Shown here piece by piece: positions 50,856 to 61,715 of a stretch of DNA of 64,000 bases. Every line of letters begins with the position of its first letter. Position 1 is the stretch's first letter. A model generated the notes under the pieces. It saw only the letters and a list, made by a program, of their open reading frames with translations, ran no database searches and was not told the origin of the DNA. The stretch comes from an uncultured bacterium. Its GTDB lineage: Bacteria; Babelota; Babeliae; Babelales; Babelaceae. The stretch is taken from assembly GCA_963848965.1 (NCBI GenBank), contig CAWKFG010000001.1, forward strand, positions 579,181-643,180, read 5' to 3'. The position numbers and the translations under genes were made by a program.

Positions 50856-51038
50856 TTATTTCTTTTTAGGTTGCGGAACCTTTGCTCCCTTTTGCCGAGC
50901 TTCAGATAATCCTATAGCAATAGCTTGACGAGGGTTCGTAACCTTCTTGCCAGAAGTACCACTTTTGAGTTTTCCCTGTTTGAGCTTGTGCATTGCCTCT
51001 CCAACAGATTCCTGTGCTTTTTTACCATATTTTGCCAT
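50856..51038 (-). CDS. DUF6496-like small basic protein
   Basis: M...K.GKLKSG.SGKKVTNP.QAIAIGLSEAR..GAKVP, AGGAG SD. Confidence 0.85.
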   Translation of the reverse strand: MAKYGKKAQESVGEAMHKLKQGKLKSGTSGKKVTNPRQAIAIGLSEARQKGAKVPQPKKK

Positions 51039-51098
51039 ACTCCATCTCCTTTTATTTAGAGAATTACTTTTTATGAGTATATCATAAAGAATAAGCAC

Positions 51099-51129
51099 AA
51101 AAAAAGCCCCTAGGAGTTTTCCTAGGGGC
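51099..51129 (-). terminator. Intrinsic terminator after the SBP gene
   Basis: GCCCCTAGGA stem followed by a T7 run on the minus strand. Confidence 0.8.
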
Positions 51130-51149
51130 CATACATAGAAAATTAACTC

Positions 51150-52178
51150 TTATGCTGCTCCATTTTCAGCAGGAATAAGGTTAATTATATCAAAATTACA
51201 AGATCCTGCAGGAGATATACCACAGAATTTGCAACGGATTAAGTCAACCAATGGACAACGGTTTGTTGTGCACGGATCAAACTGTGTAAGCGGACAAACT
51301 TGCGGAGTAAATGCAAGATCAGCAGAATTAAATGTGAATCCTGGAGTAAACTCCGTAGCAAGCTGTTGAAGCTGACTTACATTAAGACGAACAAAGTTCG
51401 CAAATGCATTGATAAGATCACAGTTATCTCTTCTAATACCAGCAGAAACAGGCAATATTTCAAATGGTATTGGAGTTGTAGTAACAAGCTGAGCAAATGT
51501 AGGATCATTTGATTCAACTGTTTGACCTTCGTTAAAGAATGCAACAGCATTTCCAGCAGAAAGGAGACCTAAAGCATCTGGTGTAGAAAGAGCTGTTACC
51601 TTAATCAAGTTCGTTAAGCCACTTGCTATTGACTGATCAAGAATTTGCTCTTCAATAGTACCTGCTAATACAACAATTGTTTTGTTACTCAAACTTGAGT
51701 CATTAATTGCTGTAAGAAGATCAGATCCGCCAACAAGTCCGCCAGGAACTGGGTTTCTAAACACTAAAACAAGATTCTGAGTACCGCCATAAGGCACTTG
51801 CTCAATTCTTTGTAGACGTTCAGCAGTTCTGTTTTGTTGATTCAAGATGATATCAATACCACCTGATATTACTGCAGGAATAAGATCTGCAAAAAGCAAG
51901 TTTTTGAATACAAGTCTTAGTCCTAGGCATGACGCAAAAAGACAAGCTACCCGTACATCAAATCCATCAGGACGTCCTGTTGAAGGATCAGTAAAATTGA
52001 AGCCATTTATTGGATCAAAGTTAATCTGTAATCCAACAGTAAGTACTCCTGGTTGCACAGTAATACTTGTTGGTGGAACTAGACGCTCTGGACAGCTACC
52101 ATTTTCAATACGACCATAGCAAAAAGAGGTAAGAATAATGCTCAAAAAAGCACTAGCAGTTATTAACATTCTTTTCAT
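51150..52178 (-). CDS. Amino-acid-type ABC substrate-binding protein (SBP_bac_3-like) with Cys-rich tail
   Basis: PGVLTVG...PDGFDV..A...F.DLIPAV.SG.ID pattern. Signal peptide. Confidence 0.8.
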   Translation of the reverse strand: MKRMLITASAFLSIILTSFCYGRIENGSCPERLVPPTSITVQPGVLTVGLQINFDPINGFNFTDPSTGRPDGFDVRVACLFASCLGLRLVFKNLLFADLIPAVISGGIDIILNQQNRTAERLQRIEQVPYGGTQNLVLVFRNPVPGGLVGGSDLLTAINDSSLSNKTIVVLAGTIEEQILDQSIASGLTNLIKVTALSTPDALGLLSAGNAVAFFNEGQTVESNDPTFAQLVTTTPIPFEILPVSAGIRRDNCDLINAFANFVRLNVSQLQQLATEFTPGFTFNSADLAFTPQVCPLTQFDPCTTNRCPLVDLIRCKFCGISPAGSCNFDIINLIPAENGAA

Positions 52179-52202
52179 AGTTATTCTTCCTTAATTATTC
52201 AA

Positions 52203-53894
52203 TTAAAAGCCAACGCTAAGGTTTACAGCAACAGCCCATTGCTCAAGTGCCCCTATACGATGACGAGCAAATTCATAAGAACCAAGGAAACCAATCATCC
52301 AAGGTGTATCGCACCAGAGACCATTATAAGAAGCTGCACCATAAACTTTGTTTGTAAGAACGCGCGGTTGTGCTGATGAACAAGGATTAAGATCACAATC
52401 ATCTACATTAGTAAATACAGCGTCGCTTCTAACTCTGTTAAACGGTTGTGCAATAGTCGTTTGACTTGCTGTAGTAAGGTTGCCAACGCAAACACCACCA
52501 AGATCAAAAATTCCAAGATCCTTACGATTGTTGCAACGGTTAATAAAGCTGATTCTTTCTGAATCTCTCCACCAGAGGTTGTAACCAAGCTCAAGGTTCC
52601 ATCCACACCATTCATAGTGTAATGCAGTCCAGAAATCGATTGTGCTACGAGGTTCAACACGTACACAGTTAGTAAAGAAGTTGATCGCTGCAGCATTATC
52701 ACCTGGGCATCTGTCAGCAAATGTTACAAGAGGAAGGAAACGGGAGAATTCGCCGTTACAGCAGAAATCAAAAGAACGAATTTCGTCATGTTGGAATACA
52801 AAACGATATTTGAAATCAAACATGAAGTTTACGTTAGAATTGCACCATTGCCATACCATGTAGTCAAAATTAAGACCAACACCAGTACTGAAATGCTTGC
52901 TTCCTACAACCGGCTCAAAGATATGACGAGCGCTCTGTCTTCTGCCTGTTGGAACGCCAAACACTGAGTAAATTCCACCATGACCACAATCTGTATCATA
53001 GAAATTCCAACCGAACTTCACTTGGATATCGTCTACCCCAGTTCTGCCACGGCATCCTCTGAAGAATCTACCAAATCTTAAGAATGTATCGCTTGTCAAT
53101 ACATCAGTTACAGTTGCTCTACCAGGAAGTGAACCTTCTGCTGATTCAAGACGCTCTCTGAAATTCAATCTGTGCTCTGCTCTCATAGGAGTAAAGTTAA
53201 CACTTGCCCAGAGACCATCCCAGAATGAGCAAAGATCAAAGTATGCATAAAGCACAGCTCCGAATGCTTTTCTTTCTGGACAGATGCTAATTGTAGATCT
53301 GAATGGCGCTTGACCGCATGGCGTTATAAGGCCAAGGAACAATGAGTTAATGTCAACATCTGTAGCAGCTGTACCCAACTCTGCAACAGTTAATGTATTG
53401 CGGTCGCCTGGGAACAAGAAACGTGCAAGACGGTCACCTCTTCTTGATTTTTGGAAGAAAGGAACTGCATGGAGATATACAAATGGACGGCATGGCGCAT
53501 TATTGTAATAGTGCCAGTAGTTATTTAATGCTAACTCATACGTTGCATCAAAGCTAACTTGGCGAGGAATAAAGGTTGTTCTACTATCACAATTATTGCA
53601 ATCGTCACAATCGCTGTTGCAGCTGATAGAACATCCTGATCTGCCGCTTCCGCAGTCACGGTCACAGCTTACATCGCAATCACGATCACAGCCAGAACGA
53701 CCGCTTCTATCGCAACGATCGTCACAGCCACCGCCACTACGACCATTGTCACAGCCACCATTATCACATCTGCTCACGCTGCTATCACAGCCATTGCCAT
53801 TGCAGTCATTACCTGCTCGTAGAGGGGCATAAAAACTACTCAACCCCAAAAGTATGAATAGAAGAGAACGAAATTTGATTGATTCGCAGCTCAT
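52203..53894 (-). CDS. Cysteine-rich putative outer-membrane beta-barrel protein
   Basis: Signal peptide, 15-Cys G/S/D/R low-complexity N-terminus, alternating aromatic strands, C-terminal ...NLSVGF. Confidence 0.75.
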   Translation of the reverse strand: MSCESIKFRSLLFILLGLSSFYAPLRAGNDCNGNGCDSSVSRCDNGGCDNGRSGGGCDDRCDRSGRSGCDRDCDVSCDRDCGSGRSGCSISCNSDCDDCNNCDSRTTFIPRQVSFDATYELALNNYWHYYNNAPCRPFVYLHAVPFFQKSRRGDRLARFLFPGDRNTLTVAELGTAATDVDINSLFLGLITPCGQAPFRSTISICPERKAFGAVLYAYFDLCSFWDGLWASVNFTPMRAEHRLNFRERLESAEGSLPGRATVTDVLTSDTFLRFGRFFRGCRGRTGVDDIQVKFGWNFYDTDCGHGGIYSVFGVPTGRRQSARHIFEPVVGSKHFSTGVGLNFDYMVWQWCNSNVNFMFDFKYRFVFQHDEIRSFDFCCNGEFSRFLPLVTFADRCPGDNAAAINFFTNCVRVEPRSTIDFWTALHYEWCGWNLELGYNLWWRDSERISFINRCNNRKDLGIFDLGGVCVGNLTTASQTTIAQPFNRVRSDAVFTNVDDCDLNPCSSAQPRVLTNKVYGAASYNGLWCDTPWMIGFLGSYEFARHRIGALEQWAVAVNLSVGF

Positions 53895-54241
53895 AGCTTC
53901 TCCTTATTTATAGTAATACCATTACAACACTCGTTTTTAGGTAATTTTCTTGCGTTCGGATGTATCACCTCGTCGTATTTTGAGGTTTATTACAATCCAT
54001 GAAATCTCCTTCTTAAAGTGATGATCATTTCTTTTGTGGACAGTATTATACATCTTCACATCAATTGCAATAGTTTCATAATCGCTTTTTGATTTTTCTG
54101 TAGTGCCTCCCTTTTTATGTACGTCAATTGTGCATGTACAACAACCTGTGCCTAAGTATTATACATAATTTTTTTTATTGCAATAGTTTCTCATCACTTT
54201 AAAGAGCCATGACAAGAGAAAGACAAAGGTTACCATCTCCT

Positions 54242-55069
54242 TTAGTCGTGATAACCATCTAACAAAAGAGAAGAGTCTATAAGAGAAAGACGCTCAATAG
54301 ATTCTGCTTTTCCAGTAGCTGTGTCTATATCGATTATGACACCAGAAAGCACCATAGGGCCTTCTGTTTCAACCTCAAATTTTACTGGCATTTGCAAAGT
54401 CATTGTGCGAATAATAAGATCTTTTTTAACACCGATAACTGAATGTAACGGACCAGTCATACCTAAATCAGTAATATATGCTGTTCCCTGTGGCAAAATG
54501 CGCTCATCGGCAGTAGGTACATGGGTATGAGTGCCTACAACAGCACTCACTTTGCCATCAAGATAGTGTGCTATAGCTACTTTTTCTGAAGTAGCTTCTG
54601 CATGAAAATCGACAAGAATAAGAGACGTTTTTGTCTTAAGATAAGTAAGCACTGTGTCAGCAGTCCTAAATGGACATGCTACCTGCTCTCTCATAAATGT
54701 TCTTCCCTGAAGGTTAAGTACTCCTACTGTATATCCCTTACATAAAAAAGTAGTAACGCCCGTACCAGGACAGCCAGAGGGAAAATTAGCAGGGCGCAGT
54801 AAATCTGTATGCTCATGTAAGTATGGTATAATTTCCCGTTTAGCCCAAATATGATTACCAGAGGTTACCACGGAGACTCCATTATGCTTAAAAAAATGCA
54901 TAATCCGCGGTGTAATACCTCTTCCATCTGAAGCACTGTTTTCACCATTTACAATAACTGCATCAAGCTTATACTGCTCTTTAAGACGTGCTATATGCTT
55001 TTGAAATAATGCTCTTCCAGGAACACCGCATACATCACCTATAAGCGCTATCCTCAGCTTATTTTGCAT
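54242..55069 (-). CDS. ymdB: YmdB-like metallophosphoesterase (TIGR00282)
   Basis: GDV.G, NGEN, TSGNH, DFHAEATSEK, GTHTHV, TDLGMTG. Lies downstream of rny. Confidence 0.93.
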   Translation of the reverse strand: MQNKLRIALIGDVCGVPGRALFQKHIARLKEQYKLDAVIVNGENSASDGRGITPRIMHFFKHNGVSVVTSGNHIWAKREIIPYLHEHTDLLRPANFPSGCPGTGVTTFLCKGYTVGVLNLQGRTFMREQVACPFRTADTVLTYLKTKTSLILVDFHAEATSEKVAIAHYLDGKVSAVVGTHTHVPTADERILPQGTAYITDLGMTGPLHSVIGVKKDLIIRTMTLQMPVKFEVETEGPMVLSGVIIDIDTATGKAESIERLSLIDSSLLLDGYHD

Positions 55070-56618
55070 ATTCAATTGCTCGTTTTTCTCGGATAACATT
55101 TACTTTAATTTGTCCTGGGAATGCCATCTCTTGCTCTATTTTACGAGCAATATCTCGAGCAAGCACGGCAGCTGCTTCATCATTCAAAAAGTCCTCTTCG
55201 ACAATGACGCGCACTTCGCGACCTGCTTGTAAAGCATACGATTTCTTTACGCCTTCAAAAGCGTTACAAATTTCTTCAAGCTTTTCAAGCCGCTTTACAT
55301 AAGCAGATAACGTTTCTCGTCGTGCACCCGGACGGGAAGCAGAGATCATATCTGCAATTAAGACAACAGGTGCATAAATAGAACCAAATGGTACTTCTTC
55401 ATGATGCGCTGCAACTGCATTCACTACTAATGGGTCTTCCCCACATCGTTTTGCAATATCTGCACCTATCAGCGCATGGGGACCTTCTACTTCAGCTGAT
55501 ACAGCTTTACCAATATCATGAAGTAATCCTCCACGAAGTGCAATTTCTGGATTTGGTAACCCAAGCTCTTCTGCAATCATTCGTGCGAAAAGAGCTACCT
55601 CAATACTGTGCATAAGAACATTTTGAGAAAAGCTCGTACGGAAATGTAATTTTCCAAGCAACGCAATGATTTCCGATTTAACTCCTTGTAAATTAAACTG
55701 CAAGATAGCATTTTTACCATACTCTTGCACCATCTCTTCAATCTCTTTTTCACATTGCATAACAGTCTCTTCAATACGCGTAGGATTAATACGACCATCA
55801 GCAATAAGCTTTTCTAAAGAGCGACGTGCAATTTCTCGTCTAATAGGGTTAAATCCGGAGATAGTAATAATTTCTGGAGTATCACCAATTACAAATTCCA
55901 TACCTGTTGCTATTTCAAGAGCCTTAATATTGCGGCCCTCTTTTCCTATAATACGACCTTTCATTTCATCATTAGGCAAATGAACTACTCCTGATGAATG
56001 TGGTGCAACTTGTTCAGATGTATACCGTTGCATAGCAGTAACAACAATATTGACTGCTTTTTCTTTTCCAAAATTTCGCGCTTCTTCTTCAATCTTTTGT
56101 ACCCATTTTTGATTTGAAAGGCGCACTTCATTATCTAATGCATCAAAAAGGGCTTTACGCGCTTCTTCTTTACTCATCCCGCTAATAGCTTCAAGCTTAG
56201 CAATAAGCTCTTCATAAACACTTTTTAACTTCTGCTCATTTACCCGTTGCATGTCAGTAGTACGTGATATAACGCGCTCTTTCTGCTGCAACTCTTTTCT
56301 TAACTCTTCAAGCCATTGATCTTTTTTCTCAATACTTTCATATTTTGTATTAAGCTTTGCTTGAAATCTTTCTAGTTCTGCACGCTCTCGCTTTATTTCT
56401 AGGTCAAACTCTGTACGTTTTTTGTAAAGTTCATCTTTAAGCTTTAAGAGCGCTTCTCTCTTTTCATTTTCTATCTCTTTTTTGGCATTTTCCCATTGTG
56501 CTCGTGTTGAAGCTATTAAGTTATAAGCAATAGCGCGGCTTCTATATGCATAGAGTAAAAGTACTATACCACTGATTAAAGGCACTGTTGCTAAAATTAA
56601 ACTAATTGATGCTATCAT
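55059..56618 (-). CDS. rny: Ribonuclease Y
   Basis: N-terminal TM, coiled coil, KH (KGRIIGKEGRNI), HD domain (LLHDIGK). Confidence 0.97.
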   Translation of the reverse strand: MIASISLILATVPLISGIVLLLYAYRSRAIAYNLIASTRAQWENAKKEIENEKREALLKLKDELYKKRTEFDLEIKRERAELERFQAKLNTKYESIEKKDQWLEELRKELQQKERVISRTTDMQRVNEQKLKSVYEELIAKLEAISGMSKEEARKALFDALDNEVRLSNQKWVQKIEEEARNFGKEKAVNIVVTAMQRYTSEQVAPHSSGVVHLPNDEMKGRIIGKEGRNIKALEIATGMEFVIGDTPEIITISGFNPIRREIARRSLEKLIADGRINPTRIEETVMQCEKEIEEMVQEYGKNAILQFNLQGVKSEIIALLGKLHFRTSFSQNVLMHSIEVALFARMIAEELGLPNPEIALRGGLLHDIGKAVSAEVEGPHALIGADIAKRCGEDPLVVNAVAAHHEEVPFGSIYAPVVLIADMISASRPGARRETLSAYVKRLEKLEEICNAFEGVKKSYALQAGREVRVIVEEDFLNDEAAAVLARDIARKIEQEMAFPGQIKVNVIREKRAIEYAK

Positions 56619-56766
56619 AAAGTTCCTAATTCAAAATCTAAAAGTGCAAAAGCAAGATATGTGCCCATACCGATACTACAAATGCTTTACCTGTAGAAAG
56701 CACACGGTACTCAATTAGTATATACTAAGAGGAAGAGAAAACCAAGACAAAACTTTTTATTAGATA

Positions 56767-56800
56767 AAAGTACCCATTCCCCCAGTTTTGGGGGAATGGT
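56767..56800 (-). terminator. Hairpin after zapA
   Basis: ccattccccca-gttt-tgggggaatgg with a T-rich tail on the minus strand. Confidence 0.7.
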
Positions 56801-56823
56801 AGCCATATACTTTCAGAGAAAAG

Positions 56824-57126
56824 CTAGAGAGAATGCTGTGTAAGCTCTTTTTCGACAAGTGTAATGAGTTCATCACTTTTATCGTAATAAAGAGTAACAG
56901 CATCTTTTGTTTCTAATGTTTTACTTGCAAGTTGAAGTGCAACAAGCACTGCAACTCGCTTAGAGTCAGTTATTTGACCTTTTTCTGCTATCTGTCGCAT
57001 TAAGCCATCTACAAGCTGCGCTGCAGTTACCAAATGCTCTTCAGATTCGTCACTGACAAGAAAGTAACTTTCTCCAAAAATCGTAACTTTGTACTTTTTT
57101 ACTTTTCCTGACACGTCTTTACTCAT
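56824..57126 (-). CDS. zapA: Cell division protein ZapA
   Basis: VTIFGESY.L...E.HL..AA.LVD..M..I...RVAVLVAL. Located upstream of rny. Confidence 0.88.
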   Translation of the reverse strand: MSKDVSGKVKKYKVTIFGESYFLVSDESEEHLVTAAQLVDGLMRQIAEKGQITDSKRVAVLVALQLASKTLETKDAVTLYYDKSDELITLVEKELTQHSL

Positions 57127-57395
57127 TATGGCTGCTCTTGTCCAACAAGCTGGTCAATATTTTTAATTAACTCATCAACTACCATTTTGGTTAGTTCAAT
57201 GTTTTGCGATCCTTTCAACAAAGAACTTTCTACCGCTTCTAAACGAGCAAGAAGATTATTCTTTTCATCTGCAAGGAGATTCTTTTCTTCAGCAAGTTTT
57301 GCAGAAAGCTCTTTTTCAGCTCTAAGCAATTCAACTAAAGAAGTAATCTTCTTTTCAAGAATGTTCAGTTTTTCAAGCGGATTCAACGGTTCCAT
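57126..57395 (-). CDS. ZapB-like coiled-coil protein
   Basis: LEKLNILEKKITSLVELL heptads, coupled to zapA. Confidence 0.7.
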   Translation of the reverse strand: MEPLNPLEKLNILEKKITSLVELLRAEKELSAKLAEEKNLLADEKNNLLARLEAVESSLLKGSQNIELTKMVVDELIKNIDQLVGQEQP

Positions 57396-57490
57396 AGGTA
57401 TCTCCTTTTTCCTTTTATCCTAGGGTTTCTTAGCTTGTCGTTGAATGTACTCTTAACCAGAAACATTTGTCAAGGTCTTTCTTACCTTTT

Positions 57491-57841
57491 TTATCTTGTT
57501 TGCACTAAACCTACAAGATGGTTGAATGCTTGTGGATCATATACAGCAAGCTGACTCAGCATTTTACGATTAAGAGCTATATCAGCAGTTTTAAGGCCAT
57601 GCATAAACGTATTATATTTCATGCCATTTCCTTCTGCTGCAGCCTTAATACGCATAATAAAGAGGGAACGCATATCGCGCTTTTTTAATTTTCGTCCTTT
57701 AAAAGCAAACGCCATCGCACGCAACAAGGTTTCTTTTGCGCGCTTAAACACGTTCTTTCTTTGTCCCCAAAATCCCTTAGTCTGCTTTAATAACTTTTTG
57801 TGTCGTTTTTTCGTAACTATACCACGTTTTACGCGTGTCAT
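57491..57841 (-). CDS. rplT: 50S ribosomal protein L20
   Basis: MTRVKRG...KKRDMRSLFIMRI...LNRKMLSQLA. Confidence 0.98.
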   Translation of the reverse strand: MTRVKRGIVTKKRHKKLLKQTKGFWGQRKNVFKRAKETLLRAMAFAFKGRKLKKRDMRSLFIMRIKAAAEGNGMKYNTFMHGLKTADIALNRKMLSQLAVYDPQAFNHLVGLVQTR

Positions 57842-57857
57842 GAGTAAATCCTTTTGT

Positions 57858-58052
57858 TTAGTACGGCAACAATGGTGCTATATGCCCTTTATCTGAAGAA
57901 TTCAAATAAAGTCCCGTACGTAATTTCCGTTTTCTTTTTGCTGATTTCTTTGTAAGCAGGTGGCGTCGAAATGGTCGAGCAGCTTTAATTTCGCCGCTCG
58001 CCAACTTTTTAAAGCGTTTCTTTGCCCCTGAATGAGTTTTTACTTTCGGCAT
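57858..58052 (-). CDS. rpmI: 50S ribosomal protein L35
   Basis: [15 protein letters not shown]...HLLTKKS. Confidence 0.98.
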   Translation of the reverse strand: MPKVKTHSGAKKRFKKLASGEIKAARPFRRHLLTKKSAKRKRKLRTGLYLNSSDKGHIAPLLPY

Positions 58053-58061
58053 CTGTTGTCC

Positions 58062-58619
58062 TTATTTCTTGAGATAATATACTCGTGACCACATTGAAGG
58101 TGCTTTGGCATCTTTTTCTTGCATCACTTTGGTGAGTCCTGCTGCTTCTAAAGAAGAGTTTATTTTTGCAAAAAGCTCTTCTCCTTTTTCGTCACGCATA
58201 GCAGCTTCTCGACCTTTAAACATAAGAGTAACTTTTAAATGCTTACCCTCTTTTAAGAATTGAATTGCCTGATTCATCTTCGTTTGATAGTCATGTTCAC
58301 CAATCTTTGGTCGCAACTTCAACTCTTTAACTTCAATAACCTTTTGATGCTTCTTTGCCTCTGCAAGCTGCTTTTTCTTTGCATACAGCGCTTTGCCAAA
58401 ATCCATTATTTTAACAACAGGCTGTCCCTCTCCGCCTTTTTCAGAAAGGAGTACTAAGTCTAAATCTGCTTGTCGAGCAAGTTTCAATGCTTCATCGCGA
58501 GATAAAATACCGAGATTTCTTCCATCAGCAGAAATCACTTGCATTCTATCAAAGCGAATTTTTTCGTTCATGAGTGGAGTTGCTGCTCCTTCTTGTTTTG
58601 CTTTCAATGTTGTTAACAC
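58062..58619 (-). CDS. infC: Translation initiation factor IF-3 (true start may be TTG at 58607)
   Basis: NEKIR, DLVL, KIMDFGK, KELKLRPKIGEHDY, FKGRE. The GTG at 58619 lies inside a GAGGTG SD. Confidence 0.97.
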   Translation of the reverse strand: MLTTLKAKQEGAATPLMNEKIRFDRMQVISADGRNLGILSRDEALKLARQADLDLVLLSEKGGEGQPVVKIMDFGKALYAKKKQLAEAKKHQKVIEVKELKLRPKIGEHDYQTKMNQAIQFLKEGKHLKVTLMFKGREAAMRDEKGEELFAKINSSLEAAGLTKVMQEKDAKAPSMWSRVYYLKK

Positions 58620-58629
58620 CTCGTATTAT

Positions 58630-59685
58630 TTATTCACTAACTTCTACTGCAGGCACGGTAACTTCTTTATGAGTTCCGAGAGCCTCTTTTACCTTTTTCT
58701 GGATTTTTTCTGCAAGCGCTTTATCCTCTTCAAACAGCTGGCATACAGATTCTCGTCCTTGAGCAAGCTTTTCTGTGCCAAATGAGAACCACGAACCAGA
58801 TTGTTTCACAACGTCGCTCATAAGCGCAGCATCTAAAAGATCATGCTCTTTACTTATCCCTTTACTAAAAATAAGATCGACTTCTACTTGTCTAAAAGGA
58901 GGAGCCATCTTATTTTTTACTACCTTTATACGAACACGATTACCTATGTTTACATCCCCCTTTTTAAGGCTTTCAATCCTTCTTACCTCAAGCCGTAAAG
59001 AAGAATAAAACTTAAGCGCATTACCACCAGTAGTCGTCTCTTTACTGCCAAATGCCATAGCATTAAGATTTTGACGCACTTGGTTAATAAAAATGAGTAC
59101 CGCTTTTGACTTATTAACAACAGCAGTTAATTTACGCAGCGCTTGTGACATAAGCCGTGCTTGTAACCCCATATGCACATCTCCCATATCTCCTTCAAGC
59201 TCTGCCTTAGGAACCAATGCTGCTACAGAGTCAACAACGATAATGTCTATTGCTCCTGAGCGCACAAGAATCTCAGCAATATCAAGAGCTTGTTCACCAT
59301 AGTCAGGTTGTGAAACAAGCAAATCTTGAGTATTAATACCAAGCTTTGAAGCATAAATAGGATCTAGCGCATGCTCTGCATCAATAAAAGCACATATACC
59401 ACCCTGTTTTTGTGCTTGTGCTATTACATGTAATGCGAGTGTCGTTTTACCTGAAGCTTCTGGTCCATAAATTTCTACCATTCTGCCACGAGGGAACCCC
59501 TGAATTCCTAATGCATGATCAATCAAGAGCGATCCTGTTGAAATTGCATCGCAATGAACAGAGGTTGTTTGTCCAAGGCGCATAACAGATCCCTTACCAT
59601 AGCTTTTATCAATCTGGGCAAGAACACCTTCAAGCGCCTTTTCCTTATCGGTAAGTACCGCGTCTTTTATTTTTTTTTCGTTCAT
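58630..59685 (-). CDS. recA: Recombinase RecA
   Basis: [40 protein letters not shown]. Confidence 0.99.
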   Translation of the reverse strand: MNEKKIKDAVLTDKEKALEGVLAQIDKSYGKGSVMRLGQTTSVHCDAISTGSLLIDHALGIQGFPRGRMVEIYGPEASGKTTLALHVIAQAQKQGGICAFIDAEHALDPIYASKLGINTQDLLVSQPDYGEQALDIAEILVRSGAIDIIVVDSVAALVPKAELEGDMGDVHMGLQARLMSQALRKLTAVVNKSKAVLIFINQVRQNLNAMAFGSKETTTGGNALKFYSSLRLEVRRIESLKKGDVNIGNRVRIKVVKNKMAPPFRQVEVDLIFSKGISKEHDLLDAALMSDVVKQSGSWFSFGTEKLAQGRESVCQLFEEDKALAEKIQKKVKEALGTHKEVTVPAVEVSE

Positions 59686-59780
59686 AAAAAATGCTTTCTG
59701 TGAAAGGGTACAAAACTCTTTATGATTCTCGCTTCTAGTCCTTTTCTATAGTGTACCATTTTTATCAAAAAGAGCAATGT

Positions 59781-61715
59781 TTATACACGACTTGACGCTC
59801 GTCGTAATAACTCTTCATTCACCTTTACCTGAGCCTTAGATCGTACATACTCTTTAAAGCTTTGGCTCACAAAAGGTACCTCTTGGCTTGCCATATAGGC
59901 CCTCAATTCACCTTTTTTGTGCTCAAAGTCACTTTCATTAAACGGTTCAATCTGAGTAAGAACGATCAGATACCCTTCTTTCGGCAGTATCTCTTCGATA
60001 ACCGATTGCGGTTCTACAAGCATCATAGCACGGTTAATAGGAATCTTTTTTTCTTCAAGCTTTTTCGTGGTTTCTTGATTTTGCGGATCTATCCAATCAG
60101 TAGTTTCACTCTTTCCACCTACTGCTTGTGCAGCTTTCTCTATACCATTTTTAAGCTGATTACGAGCTTTATCAAGATCTTCTTTAAGCAGCGCTCGTGC
60201 TTTTTGTTCATAGATATCCTTTACTACCTTCTCTTGTACGGTAGATAACCCAGGAATAAAGCTTTCCTTACTGCTTAAAAATTCCATAATATACCCTTTA
60301 TCGCCTTCTAGATAGAATGTTCTATCCCCTTTCTTTTGCAGGCCAAAGAGCTTTTGGGATTGCACATTTTCTGTGAGCTTACTATTTTCAAGCATACTTT
60401 CTTGTGCTTTCTTTTCTTCTACAAACCGTTTAAACACCTCTGGCATATCAGAGGCTTGACTTATCACCCTTTGAGCGTTTGAAGAAAACTCGCTTGCAAA
60501 TTTTTCTTTTTTAAGCTTTTTCTCAATGTCACCCTTTACTTTTTCAAGTGGCTTATAGCTCGCAGCTCTTCGTTCAATAAGTTTTACAATAACAAACCCT
60601 TGTGGAGTATCTATAACAGGAGAGATGTCCCCTTTACTAAGACTCGCAACCGCTTGGACAAGAGCAGGATCTAACTGCTTTTGAGCTACTGCTACAGGAG
60701 CACCCTTTTCTGGCGCATCAGAATACTTTTTAGCAAGATCTTCAAACAAAGTAGGATTATCTTTTGCCTGTTTCATAAGCTCTTGCGCTTGCTTTCTCTT
60801 TTCCACCAGTGTTTGAGGAGTTGTTTTAAGCAGTATTTTTTGAATTACTAGCTCTTCAGGCTTTTCTATAAATTCGCGTCTATGTTGGTTGTAGTACTGC
60901 TCTTTTTCTTTATCAGAAACAGCCACATCATAAGAGAACGTCCATAAGCGAGCAGTACGCTGCTCTGGAACTCTATAGGCTTCTTTATGAGCATTAAAGA
61001 ACGTCGCTATCTCTTCTTGAGACAGCTTCTGTGTACGTGCTTTTTTAAGATACTCTTCAAGCGATAGAGAGATGATACCAAATTTTTTCTTAGCATATGC
61101 TCTCATATACAGCTCTTTAAGTGCGCTTGTAGGAACATATACTGAGCTTTCTACAAGCCTATCAAGCAAATACCGTTGTACTGCTGCTGTAACTGCTTCT
61201 TCAAAATCAGCTTCAGACATTCCCTGACGTTCAAGGTTATAGCGTAGCATCTCTACATTCAATGTACCTCCAGCAAGCGCTTGCTGAGGTACCAAATCGG
61301 CTAAAAAGTTTCTTACAAAAAGAGGATCCTTAAGTTTATTGGTCATATACTCTCTACTTACACGTCCTCCAAGAGCATCAGCAGATGATTGCAATGCTTT
61401 CTCTTGAATAAGATTCTCTAACACAGCTTGCTCTGGTTTATCACTGAGCCCCCATAATTTGAGAGCCTCATCTGCTTGAGGGCCATACAATCTACGAATT
61501 TCCTGAATAAAATGAGCAATCGATATAAATTTTCTTCGATATTCCATTAAGCCAATATCATACTCATTTACAGTAGCAAGTGCATCAACACTGCCAAATC
61601 TTCTTGAAAATCTGATAAGAGAGAAAAAGGAGCCTCCTGCTAGTGAAAGCAAAATAAGCCATATAATAATTTTTGTTCCTCTCTTTTGAATATGCTTTCT
61701 TATTGAACCAATCAT
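59781..61715 (-). CDS. SurA N-terminal/parvulin peptidyl-prolyl isomerase (PpiD-like)
   Basis: N-terminal TM, ATVN, F..LAKKYSD, ISPVIDTPQGFVI. Confidence 0.85.
   Translation of the reverse strand: MIGSIRKHIQKRGTKIIIWLILLSLAGGSFFSLIRFSRRFGSVDALATVNEYDIGLMEYRRKFISIAHFIQEIRRLYGPQADEALKLWGLSDKPEQAVLENLIQEKALQSSADALGGRVSREYMTNKLKDPLFVRNFLADLVPQQALAGGTLNVEMLRYNLERQGMSEADFEEAVTAAVQRYLLDRLVESSVYVPTSALKELYMRAYAKKKFGIISLSLEEYLKKARTQKLSQEEIATFFNAHKEAYRVPEQRTARLWTFSYDVAVSDKEKEQYYNQHRREFIEKPEELVIQKILLKTTPQTLVEKRKQAQELMKQAKDNPTLFEDLAKKYSDAPEKGAPVAVAQKQLDPALVQAVASLSKGDISPVIDTPQGFVIVKLIERRAASYKPLEKVKGDIEKKLKKEKFASEFSSNAQRVISQASDMPEVFKRFVEEKKAQESMLENSKLTENVQSQKLFGLQKKGDRTFYLEGDKGYIMEFLSSKESFIPGLSTVQEKVVKDIYEQKARALLKEDLDKARNQLKNGIEKAAQAVGGKSETTDWIDPQNQETTKKLEEKKIPINRAMMLVEPQSVIEEILPKEGYLIVLTQIEPFNESDFEHKKGELRAYMASQEVPFVSQSFKEYVRSKAQVKVNEELLRRASSRV

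Noticed and set aside
56619..56823. 6S RNA expected between zapA and rny
   Set aside because: The gap holds a terminator hairpin, a TTGGTT-17-TATACT promoter and only a leader of about 90 nt. No long 6S-like stem is visible. An Rfam cmsearch would be decisive.
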